Below are positions 53,101-62,200 of a DNA stretch of 64,000 bases, in pieces. This DNA is from Trypanosoma brucei (taxonomy: Eukaryota). The translations under genes and the position numbers were made by a program. The notes under the pieces are model-generated. The model ran no database searches and was not told the origin of the DNA. It saw only the letters and a program-made list of their open reading frames with translations. The DNA lies in NCBI GenBank assembly GCA_000002445.1, contig CH464491.1, positions 3,648,001-3,712,000 on the forward strand, in the 5' to 3' direction. The stretch's first letter is position 1; each line of letters opens with the position of its first letter.

Positions 53101-53194
53101 TGTTCCTGTGGATGATTTGAAGATTACAAATACTGAACGCGACATGACGAGTGATATGCGTGCAGCCGGACTGCCATATGCCACTCACCTGTAA
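50168..53194 (+). CDS. HEAT/ARM-repeat protein, possibly TOG-domain (CLASP-like) microtubule regulator
   Basis: 1008-aa ORF with repeated amphipathic helix pairs (LRQLEVFSRAD..., ALAALEVLPLVFRLAPSLFKALLPELITSLL, VRFLALKVLHTVV...). A Pro/Ser/Arg-rich disordered insert lies at aa 600-720. Start could be the internal Met (MKTGAS... or MPDKVF...). Family call is tentative. Confidence 0.85.
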   Translation: MFAFLCCFHSVAGPNRNTKYWHCATGPRSVRWKCRRAVPGVAIMKTGASCVEHPSSMPDKVFAAQLQLICEALNTSGENSGKWGGRLEALRQLEVFSRADMSNRRDFMMLMNTFVKVPLQKHIEEDRAALSNEACRVVTSLAKHCSNRRAWQAVSEWFIQPLLRITVRKKKVFVDAAVETLCNLARTNSFGPRAFAELLRGCTAAHAATRSYTFSVLQLFIQQCKNNEGEFALSPYLGDVCRVLRSGLSDADAQTRRCARDCYWNFRSAEAEAAETLYNELEAPVKRMLGQDRNRLTIENMVPKIDRNPTTAATPASKLARGTDRALSTPQEEPGAVEAAAPPENSKTKGEPEAGGKATEECGPDVLLESLSSSAWEERLRGVRRVVEDFPYLRHKEECVKLLVVRLNDSNGQVALAALEVLPLVFRLAPSLFKALLPELITSLLINVSERKGFSGVSRRLLVSTIRANSIDDVMDAIYCELRRIVSPSLKVHALEYAKYLYIDNAVHFAQLTPMRRAVEELLPIIQTEGPHNLVRKSAASALTALYVTSRGTFIRVLSHHLSPSDCESIVDELQLAIPHLGQECRRTLTGQKPLPHPVPVVRCAFADILTKEDRTPPKDANAKELTVSKSTDRGNATHSTIQRPSTACAKGVHDRPPERRSNKRYLGERKVASPAPMDRRRSPMGRTSNGDGVSPLRGKGATHHVPMTLPYALPIHGGGNDYSPADLLEWLDRTNVSTDTRDILDAIAFAIAKNPSSWGEVFNRLLVLLERLIPDSCEPSHTVRFLALKVLHTVVGSGVLRQAVNRSLKRILLLVRAGIDDVFPEVHMDAAAVLHLIINSGLYSTDHLLNAVAMTLDTWLRSNKVGYSSRGWLTMLEAIKHIFFQLGCSAVLVPCAFKEYAELKDTTPGVVSEPVLHRVCSTVVSAVHHSVPEVRLTAVVACVAIWMTFDTAALPYFVDLTASQRKLISMYFTKLADVPVDDLKITNTERDMTSDMRAAGLPYATHL

Positions 53195-53693
53195 AGTTAC
53201 ACCTTCAACAAACGTACTGCATTTAGATTTATAGAATGGTAAATCCATAGAAGAAAGACAATGCCATGTGGCACTTGCTGCGTCGCGGCTGCTTTGACAG
53301 AAGATGTGACCACATTCATCTAATGCTTTTTCCTGGAACAAAACTCTCCGACTTATCGGCTGCTTTCGCACTAACTGCACGTACAACTGACTGGTATTTT
53401 TCGAAGTCTCTGTTTACTATTTGCATCACTCGTTGTGCTCCCAAGGTGTTGCTTCTTGCTATTCCTCTCCTTTCTATTCTTGTGTGTGTGTGTTTTACGT
53501 GCGTTACCATTTGGCGGTGATGTCCATCTAGAGAGAGAGGAGAGACGCAACGAATAGTGACACCGTAAGCGTTTTTTTTTTTAAAGGAAAGAAAGAAAAA
53601 CTTCATTCTTGATATTTAGATAATATATTAAACCGTTACATTTACGTAAATTGAGGGCGCGAATTCAACAGGGGTAACAGAGGACATACTCAA

Positions 53694-56468
53694 ATGTCTT
53701 TTCTTGTGTATGCCGTTGATGGTGCCGACCGACTGACACTCCTCGGACCTCCAACACCCGAGGGCCCAAATCTTAAGCAAGTGGCATTAAGTTACATTCA
53801 AGCACCGAAGGTGGCGAAGCGGAACGCCACTGGTGAGTTCGGTTCTGAGGATCCCTGTGCGTTTGAGGCGGTGGAGTTGATTCGTAATACATTTATTGGT
53901 AAGCCCGTAAAATTTTCGGAGGACTATGTAATTGACGTATTGCAAAGGCGAGCAGGGAGATTAACACTTGTTGACGGGGAAGATGCATCAATCCTACTGT
54001 TGCGCAATGGCCTTGCCACCGTCCCTGAACGCATTCCCCAACGCATGGACAAGGAACTGTTTGCAAAGTACACCAAACTCATGAGCGAAGCGAAGGCGGC
54101 GAAGAAGGGTATTTTTGCCCCTTCTGCCTCAAGCCGCGTGCGCACGCTCACTGACTTGAGCCCAGAGGAGAAGATAAAACTTGCAGAAAAACTAAAAGGA
54201 AAGGAGGCTCTGGTGCGCCTTGAGCATGTGCTGCTTCCAACTGTCCTTGTTGTATCAGGAGGGGATTTTGGCGATGCACAGGTTACTGTGCACATGCCGG
54301 GCGTTACGGTGAAGGACCCCGACTGTGAAACTGTATCTCGTGAAAGCCGATACCACGTGGAACGATTTTTACTGCACCGGAGAGTGAAAATCCTCTTTGA
54401 GGGTGCCGATGGTTACGGAAACATTCTCGGTTCCGTCACTTCGTCAAAAGGTTGCTTCCAACAGGAACTGCTTTCTCGCGGGTTGGTGAAGCTTAACGGC
54501 AATACGCTGGGGAGCACGAAGTTTGCCGCTGATATGGAAACTGCTGAGAAGGAGGCTCGTGAGAAGTGCGTAGGGATGTGGAAAAATCGTGGTGAATCCG
54601 GTGCTAGAGTCCCTCTCAAAGTGGTTGGTGGGGCCGGTGTTTCTACCGCAGCTGCAACGGGAGGTAGCAGTGCTTTGCCAGTTTCCAACGCCGCCACTGC
54701 AGCTACGGTGGTATATAAAGGGCCCACACAATTTACCGCCTCAATCGTTCAGATTATCACCGGTGACACACTTGGTGTGCGACACGAGGAAAGCGGAGAA
54801 CTGATCCGTGTGTCACTTGCCGGCGTGCGTTCTAGCAAAAATATCACTCGAGAACAAGATGGGCGATCCCCCGAAACTCGTGTCACTTACGGTGATTATG
54901 AGTGGGAGGCCCGTGAGTTCCTGCGGGTGCATTTTGCTGGCAAGCGGGTAACAGTAAAGGTTGAGTACTGCCGCCAAATTGCTGAAACGGGAGAAGTTCG
55001 ACCAGTGGCTCTGATTACCGTTCTCGAAACAGGGGAGAATGTGGGTTCGGCGTTGCTTGAGACTGGTTATGTTAACTTCTTCCTCGGCAGAAATGATATA
55101 TGTTCGGCGGCGGCAGAGTTACAATGCGCCAGCGAAAGGGCGGAAGCAAAAGGTGTTGGTGTACATGGTAAGGCCCCGGCCCCGGTAGTGAAGGTACTCG
55201 AGTTGGTTCACTTAGGGAGTGCGCGTGGAAAGTACTACCTGAGCTTTCTTCAGCGTGGGATGCAAGGAAATCGGCCACCGGTGCTGAAGGGCATCGTCGA
55301 TGTTGTAATTGGTGGCAGCTCCCTTCGCGTGTTTGTCCCGAGGGAACACTTTCAGATACCGGTGAAGGTGGCTGGTATAATCACACCCATGGGAGCAGCT
55401 GGTGGATCATCGGAAGGCGGTGAACCGTTCGCTGAGGAGTCCAAAAGATTTGCCGTAGACAAACTTCAACACATGGAGGTTGGCATTCAGGTGCACGCAG
55501 CGGACAAGGTGGGGAACTTCATTTCGTCAGTGACGCTCCCTGATGGCACTAATTTTGCTGTGGCTATGGTGGAGATGGGTTTTGCAACCGTTGCGAATGC
55601 CGATCGCCTCCCGCACAATCAACAGCTTCTCGAGGCTGAGGCGAAAGCGAAGGCGGAGAAGAGAAACATCTGGTCAAATAACTCATCCGTCCCCCAACGT
55701 GCCGCAAAGCTCGAAGCACAGAAAATTCGGACAGGTCCCATACGTTACACCTCATCGAGTGGTCCCAAGGCCGAGTTCCAGCAGTACATGCTTTCCGAGG
55801 TTGGTGAGAATGGTTATTCCGTTTACTTGCAGGAGGCAACTGAGGATGTTGAGAAGAAATTGTTCACGATGCAGGACCTTCTCGGGCAGATTTCTTCCAG
55901 TAGCACGGAATACAAGCCAAAGAAGGGTGAGCTCGTGGCTGCACTGTACAAGACAGACAAAACATGGAATAGGGCCAAGGTGGTCCAAGTCAGCAAGAAG
56001 GACCCAACTGTCACGGTTTGTTTCGTTGATTTCGGAACAAAGTCAGAGATTCGTTTGAAGGATGTTCGTGCGATACCGCGTGGACCAGAGTTTGCCATCG
56101 CGCGCGATTCAGCCCCACTTGCTCGCCTTGTGAGACTCGCGTTCCTGAAGTCAAAGATTCATACTGAAGCATACATTGACTACGCTTGTGACATCGCTTA
56201 CGAGTACACGGATGGACCTGTTGTTGCTAAGGAGGTTTATCAGGACCCTGAGGGTAATGTTTACTGCATTGTAAGTACAAGTGAGAATTCGAATTCCCTC
56301 AATGAGGTGCTGCTTCAGCGGGGTGCTGCGGTGCTCGATCGGGCTGCGGAAAGTGTTGATCCTGAAGGGCATAAGCGCCACGTTACTGCGCAGAATGTTG
56401 CAAGGAAAGGCCACAAGGGGATGTGGCAATATGGTGATATTGATAACGAAAGCGACGAGGATAACTGA
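53694..56468 (+). CDS. TSN: Tudor-SN (staphylococcal nuclease domain-containing protein 1 homologue)
   Basis: Repeated SNase-like modules, each with the characteristic (L/V)...(V/L)..GxAxx..Y motif (for example VAMVEMGFATVANADR, LLSRGLVKLNGN, ALLETGYVNFFLGRND). A Tudor domain follows near the C-terminus (KKGELVAALYKTDKTWNRAKVVQVSKKDPTVTVCFVDFGTKSEIRLKDVRAIP). 924 aa. Confidence 0.9.
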   Translation: MSFLVYAVDGADRLTLLGPPTPEGPNLKQVALSYIQAPKVAKRNATGEFGSEDPCAFEAVELIRNTFIGKPVKFSEDYVIDVLQRRAGRLTLVDGEDASILLLRNGLATVPERIPQRMDKELFAKYTKLMSEAKAAKKGIFAPSASSRVRTLTDLSPEEKIKLAEKLKGKEALVRLEHVLLPTVLVVSGGDFGDAQVTVHMPGVTVKDPDCETVSRESRYHVERFLLHRRVKILFEGADGYGNILGSVTSSKGCFQQELLSRGLVKLNGNTLGSTKFAADMETAEKEAREKCVGMWKNRGESGARVPLKVVGGAGVSTAAATGGSSALPVSNAATAATVVYKGPTQFTASIVQIITGDTLGVRHEESGELIRVSLAGVRSSKNITREQDGRSPETRVTYGDYEWEAREFLRVHFAGKRVTVKVEYCRQIAETGEVRPVALITVLETGENVGSALLETGYVNFFLGRNDICSAAAELQCASERAEAKGVGVHGKAPAPVVKVLELVHLGSARGKYYLSFLQRGMQGNRPPVLKGIVDVVIGGSSLRVFVPREHFQIPVKVAGIITPMGAAGGSSEGGEPFAEESKRFAVDKLQHMEVGIQVHAADKVGNFISSVTLPDGTNFAVAMVEMGFATVANADRLPHNQQLLEAEAKAKAEKRNIWSNNSSVPQRAAKLEAQKIRTGPIRYTSSSGPKAEFQQYMLSEVGENGYSVYLQEATEDVEKKLFTMQDLLGQISSSSTEYKPKKGELVAALYKTDKTWNRAKVVQVSKKDPTVTVCFVDFGTKSEIRLKDVRAIPRGPEFAIARDSAPLARLVRLAFLKSKIHTEAYIDYACDIAYEYTDGPVVAKEVYQDPEGNVYCIVSTSENSNSLNEVLLQRGAAVLDRAAESVDPEGHKRHVTAQNVARKGHKGMWQYGDIDNESDEDN

Positions 56469-57077
56469 TTTTTTCCCCTCCTCCTCCCCTCTCGTATCTG
56501 GTGGTTTGACAAATTATTGAATGAGACACCAACGAGGGGTGAAGCGTAGGACGTGTTAACGACGGGGAAACTTTATTTGGATTCCTGGGTGTCTTTTTTT
56601 TTTTCTTCTTTTTGTTTCTGTACCCTTGTCACATTTTTTTTCGCATATCTTTGTGAAGGAGTCTGGTCACGCCTTCACAGAAGTTTTCGGATACGTGCAC
56701 GGATAACTCTAATTTGTTTCCCTTCCCTTTTCAATTATTTGTGGAGCTACTATACCTTGAAGTGCGCTCCTATTCTGCGGGGGGGGATTTTTTTTTTTTT
56801 TTGAGGTGAGGTAATTTTTTCGCACATTTTGTGCGCTCGGCCCCTTTCCTATACCTTTGTTAAAAAAAATATGAAGGGGGGATATTGCATGAATTGTATC
56901 AAACGGTGAAGAAAACATATTTTTTGAAATATGCTTTCTTGATTCTTTCTTTGTCTTTATTTATTTTTTTGATTTGCTGTAGCGAAGAGGTATCTTTGTG
57001 AAGGAGAAGGAAACATTGTTGTGCCTTTTTTTTTCGTAGTTGATCGAGCAAAAATCGTTCGAAAAGATAGAAATTAC

Positions 57078-57821
57078 ATGTCTGCAATCCCTTACTTGCA
57101 AAAACAACTTCATGAGCTTACGACGTGCCCGCCAGCAGGGTTTCGTATAGAGTCGGAAGATATTTATGTGTGGACCGTTTGGTTTACTGGACCTCAGGAA
57201 ACTCCTTACGCCCCTGGTGTTTACCGTGCTGAGCTGCGGTTCCCCAAAGACTTCCCGATGGAGCCCCCAACCTTTAAAATGTTGTCAAGCATTTGGCACC
57301 CGAATGTTTATCCCGATGGTCGTGTGTGCATTTCTATTCTTCATCCACCCGGAGAGGATGAGATGAACAAAGAGGAGACTGCCATGATGCGGTGGACGCC
57401 AATTCAGACTATACGGTCCGTACTTCTTTCTGTTGTTTCACTTTTTAGCGACCCCGATCCCAAGGACGCCGGGGCCCCGGCCAATGTTGAAGCCTTAGTG
57501 CAATACCGCAAGAACCGTGAAGAGTTCAATGAGCACTGCCGTCGGCTAGCAAACAAGTCGCTGTCGGAGCTTCCGGAAGATTTTGTGCCCATTCCTCAAG
57601 AGGAACCACCCGAGCGACCTACAAACTACGCTGCCTCCATAGCAATGGGGTATGATGACGACTACGAGGTGGTGGTGTGCGATGCTCAAAATAAGTTTCC
57701 TGACGAATTGAGGCAAGTACGGGAAATGGCTCTTGCACCTGATAAGTCTGATGCTGAACTTATTGATATGCTCATTAAAGTGAAGGGTGACGTGGCAACT
57801 CTAATGGAGGCATTGATGTAG
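57078..57821 (+). CDS. Ubiquitin-conjugating enzyme E2 (UBC7/UBE2G-like, with acidic-loop insertion) carrying a C-terminal UBA-like domain
   Basis: UBC fold: FTGPQETPYAPGVYRAELRFPKDFPMEPPTFKMLSSIWHPNVYPDGRVCISILH (HPN motif and active-site Cys). The insertion PPGEDEMNKEETAMMRWTP lies directly after the active site, typical of the UBC7/CDC34 clade. C-terminal ...RQVREMALAPDKSDAELIDMLIKVKGDVATLMEALM resembles a UBA three-helix bundle. The ORF track begins at 57021 in poly-T-derived codons. The ATG at 57078 (MSAIPYLQKQLHEL...) is proposed as the start. Confidence 0.85.
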   Translation: MSAIPYLQKQLHELTTCPPAGFRIESEDIYVWTVWFTGPQETPYAPGVYRAELRFPKDFPMEPPTFKMLSSIWHPNVYPDGRVCISILHPPGEDEMNKEETAMMRWTPIQTIRSVLLSVVSLFSDPDPKDAGAPANVEALVQYRKNREEFNEHCRRLANKSLSELPEDFVPIPQEEPPERPTNYAASIAMGYDDDYEVVVCDAQNKFPDELRQVREMALAPDKSDAELIDMLIKVKGDVATLMEALM

Positions 57822-57918
57822 CCGTATTTGTTTACGCAGACATGAGCTGCGTGACAGAAGAAGTGTTCGTGCAGAGCAAGGGTACAGAGCGGAAATAAAT
57901 TGTGTATATGTATGAGGA

Positions 57919-57957
57919 TATATATATATATATATATATTTGTGTGTGTGTGTGTGT
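57919..57957 (+). repeat. Compound (TA)11-(TG)9 microsatellite
   Basis: Seen directly. Confidence 0.95.
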
Positions 57958-58482
57958 AACATAATGGTGCAGGGATGTAACAGATAAAAGGGAAAGCAAT
58001 AAGAAGGTAAAAAAGAAAAAAAAATAAAAAAAATAGGTGATGTGGGGAAAGGTGAGAGATGTTGGAGGAAAACAATGTCAAACAGTAGTTTCACTATTGT
58101 GACCAAAGTGCACATAACCTGTTCACTCATCCCTTGTAACCTTCTTCAACTTATTGTTGCAATAGCGCTGAACGGGCGGGAGCTTCTCACGTTTCCGTTT
58201 TTAGGGCTATGACGTTATCTCAACACTCACAACCCTAAAATCACCGGGTACTTCTACCACCTTCTTCCCGTTTCCTCTTTTTTTTGTTTTTACTGATGTG
58301 ACGCCATCATCATTTTTCCTGTTCAAGAAATGAAGACTCTGACAATTGCTGGTTCTTTTTTTGAGGTCTTTTTTTTTTTTTGTGTTTCCTTTTGCGCACA
58401 CGCGGAAGATGACGTCTTTTGAAGCGATGAGCGGAAAGGAGGGGGAAAAAGAAGGCGGGATGCAACGGATGAGATGCGAAAT

Positions 58483-58500
58483 AAATAAATATAAATATAA

Positions 58501-58537
<37 letters not shown>
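58483..58537 (+). repeat. (AAATAT)n minisatellite (~6 units) running into (TA)13
   Basis: aaataaatataaatataaatataaatataaatatatatatatatatatatatata seen directly. Confidence 0.95.
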
Positions 58538-59259
58538 CGACCCTCATATCAGAGGTATTACGTTGACCCAATTGTCAGTACAGAGTGAGGGACAATAAGT
58601 GAAGGTTGCGGTTTTTTTTCTTAAAAGTTTCGTACTCATATTTTACTTTCCCCCCCTCCCCACACCTTTATGTCAATATCTGCACGTGTGTGCTTAAATG
58701 AAACAGAGCGGGCTTGGAAGAAAAGGATAATGTGGAGACAGGGGTAAGGTAGAAATACTGGTATGTGTGAAAGTGCTGGTGCGTAGACTGAGAAAAATGT
58801 GCAAAACATAAAGTAATGAGGGAGTAAAGAGATGATGGATTGTTAGGAAGATCCGGGGAGAACGCAACTTAGAGAACAGGAAAAATAAATATAAATAAAT
58901 ATATGTATTCGATGTGTGAGGAGGTGTGAAATGGTTTCATTCGCCTGTCAAATATAGTTTGAGTTGATTCTTTCCCCCCTCTCCTTCTACTCGTTGCTGA
59001 TTTTGATGACAATTTTTTAAGTTTTAACTTTCTTACTCCGCCTTCTCCCCCTCGTCATTGGTGCCGCTTCCGTTGGAGCGGTGTGCAACACTTTCGTGTA
59101 AGCCAGTTTGCGCGGATGTTAACTATCCCACTACCTTTGTCCCTTGTTTATTTTCGCACTGTACTCCTCATTACTGCGTTTCCTTGCAATTATTTCGCCT
59201 GCGCGAACGACACCGAACGTCTTCCCCCCTTTTTTCTTTGCCTTCGCACAGCTTCACGC

Positions 59260-62200
59260 ATGTCACAAAGATCGAGGAAAGTTCCCACGGAAGGTGGTGT
59301 TTTATCTGTTAACAGCGGAAGCGGTCTTGCAATATGGAACGAATTACAGATACAACAGGAAAATTGGGGCGGTAATTTGGGTTTGCCGGCGAGGGAGCCT
59401 GGTGCCGTAGTGGAACTCGCCAGCACAGAAGGGAAAATTGTAGTGTCGACCGATCCGGAGCAGCGTAACATTTTCAAGGAGTGTATTTTGGGTTTGAGTG
59501 GTTCTGTAGGGGATATCACGTGTACAGATTTCGAGGTGAATTGGAAGCGACCGGTGGAGATATTCGCTCCGTTTCGCCCTCTAGTGCACCGTAATGTGAC
59601 TCCCTTTTTTGATCCGTACGATACGGAGCGGGTGATTGGTAGTAGGGTTCCAGCTATGACGTCTCCTTCACGAAGGGCGGATTCAAAATCAAGTGCGGCA
59701 GCAATTCCTTTGCACATTCAGTTCCCTGAGATTGTGACGACCGCAGAGTTTCCCACTCCTGAAGCCCCTGCCACTGAATCACTGGCTTTCTCTGAGGAGG
59801 GGGTTGTTGGGCAATACCGCAAGGTACAACCTCTAACGCAGGCTTATGATGTCGGCCTTGAATTGGGTTGCGCAGCAACGCCTGCGGAGGCTTGCGGGTC
59901 GCGCTACAGCACGGACCTTCGCCGCCGGCTTAACCAAGCGGATGCTATTTCTCGCTTGTCAGAACCTCCACCGTTTGTGATGGACGCTTTCAACACTGCA
60001 ATCCGATTTGTTGAGAGTGAACAGAACATCTTAACGAAGGGGAACTACTTGTGGGAGCTGATCCACCCACATGCCCCAGGGACGTGCCACCCGGTTTACA
60101 ACCCATATGGAAAATACGTTGTTCGACTTTTCATTGACGGCTACTTTCGTCAAGTGCCGATTGATGACTATCTCCCCGTGGATGCTCTTGGTCGGCCATT
60201 TTTCAGCGTTACGGCGCAAAAAGAAATTTGGCCGGCACTCATCGCGAAGGCTCTCTTCGTGGCTTTGGGCCCAAACAGACATTTACTCTTTACTGACTCG
60301 GAGGCCATCATCGCATGTTTGTTAGGTGAATGGGTGCCGCAGCGTATTAACCCTCGAACTCAACCCGCAACGGCATGTGCACTGTTATTGAATGCCCGAA
60401 AAGATCAGTTGTACAACGACAGTGACGCGACGCACTTCTCGGCGTCCCAGGTGCTCACTCCGGACAAGGATAAGGGTGTTTCAGTGAGCACACAAGAACA
60501 GTGTAACACATCTCCTTGGGTGGATAACCAAATTAATGAGAGACCGGCTAGCCAAAGTAAGCGGGCGTCAAGACTGGAGACATCCTTTGCAAACGGCGCG
60601 AACAGTCCCTTGAGTTACGACATATCGGTTACTAACGTTCCAGCCGTTCCTGAGACTCCGGTTATTTGTGCTGTTGGAGTTCTGCCACATGACATGCGGA
60701 AATTGTACGTAATACACAAAGTAGTTGTTTTTCGGGATACCCTGGCCCTGAAAATTTCGACGAACCCACCATCAAGCATTATAGAACCGAAGGAGCTCAC
60801 ACTAGATAATAAAGACGAGGCAGTGCAGGGCTTGCTGCACCATCCATCTTGCGGTGATTTGGATCAAAGGGGAACCGGTTGGGCGGCATCTCAAGAATCA
60901 GCGGTGGCGTCATCCGCGTTTTGGGTCACCTTTGAGGAATTGGCAGAGTCACTAGACATAATAATTTGGCGGCAACTAGGTCAAGAGAGTCCATTTACAT
61001 TTAATAGTCGAATTACCTATACAGATACTTCAAGTCATCCCAGGAAAAAGGGTGCCGCTTCTGCTGCAGCCGCTGCAACTACTGTGGCACGACAGACTGT
61101 CGTTCGGTGGATGCACATATCATCCAAAGCCCCAGAGCAGATTGCCATTGTTAATCTTGGGGGAAGCGCATCATGTCGTGCTGCAAGTGCTGTAATTGGT
61201 TCTCCCACCCCTTCTTTATTGGCTGCGGCGCACCAAACTCCGGCGCTGTCGATGATGGGGAGCGAATCGAGCCAGCTGAAAGCATTATCGGGAGAAGGGA
61301 GGGAGGTGCATCTCGATTTGTACAGGTGGGATCGAGGTGATGTGTTATGTCGTGCGGCCTCTTTTGCGTGCGAACCGAGTAGGCTAGAATGCATGCTCCA
61401 CACTGTACCGGCCGGTTCACATGTGTTTCGCGTGACGGTTGTTGGACTAGAACCCCAGGAAGTAGTGGGCCTGTTTTCGACACGGAATTTTATACTAGGA
61501 GACGAAAAGGAAGCTCTTCGCTCAGCTAATATATTCAAAATGAGTGATGCAGGTGCTCATCCCGGGGTGGAAAAACCCAATGAAGAAGTTATATGGTTTA
61601 AGCACCGCTTTGCGGTGAAGGAACCAACAATTGTCTCCTTTGTTTTGAGCACGCTCGAAAGCGGTGAAGAGCTTTCGATGTACCGAGATATGCCTGGGGC
61701 TAGCGGGAAAGAGTCGAAGGGAGTTAAAACGCGCAACACAAACGTAAGGTTACATTCAAAGGAGGCTGCCGAGGGTTCCCCCCCGCGGGGGGCGCACGCA
61801 GAAATTATACCGTACTGCAACGTTTTGTTGGTGGATTTGGACGCGGGTACTTCAAAGCGTGGGGCGGTAGGCCATCTCGTGCGGCAGCGTATTGAACCCA
61901 ATCAGAGGGGATATCTTGTTATGGCCTATGCGTTGGTTGAGGCGGACTCCATCTCATTTTCGTTGAAACCGGCAGATTTGTGTGCCGACTCTCCTTTAGA
62001 ATATGGCTCGCCACGTGAGAAGGAAACCAATGGTCTCTCTCCATGCGGCGACAAAGGCCCCTTAACCCCCTTTGGAGTGAGACCGCATCTCTTTTCAAAG
62101 GGATGGTGGCGGCTTGTGGTGCTTTCTAGCGTTCCATTAGATTCATACAGGGCAATACCCAAAGATACGTGGTCGTTTGCCGAAAAGGGGCAACTTAAGC

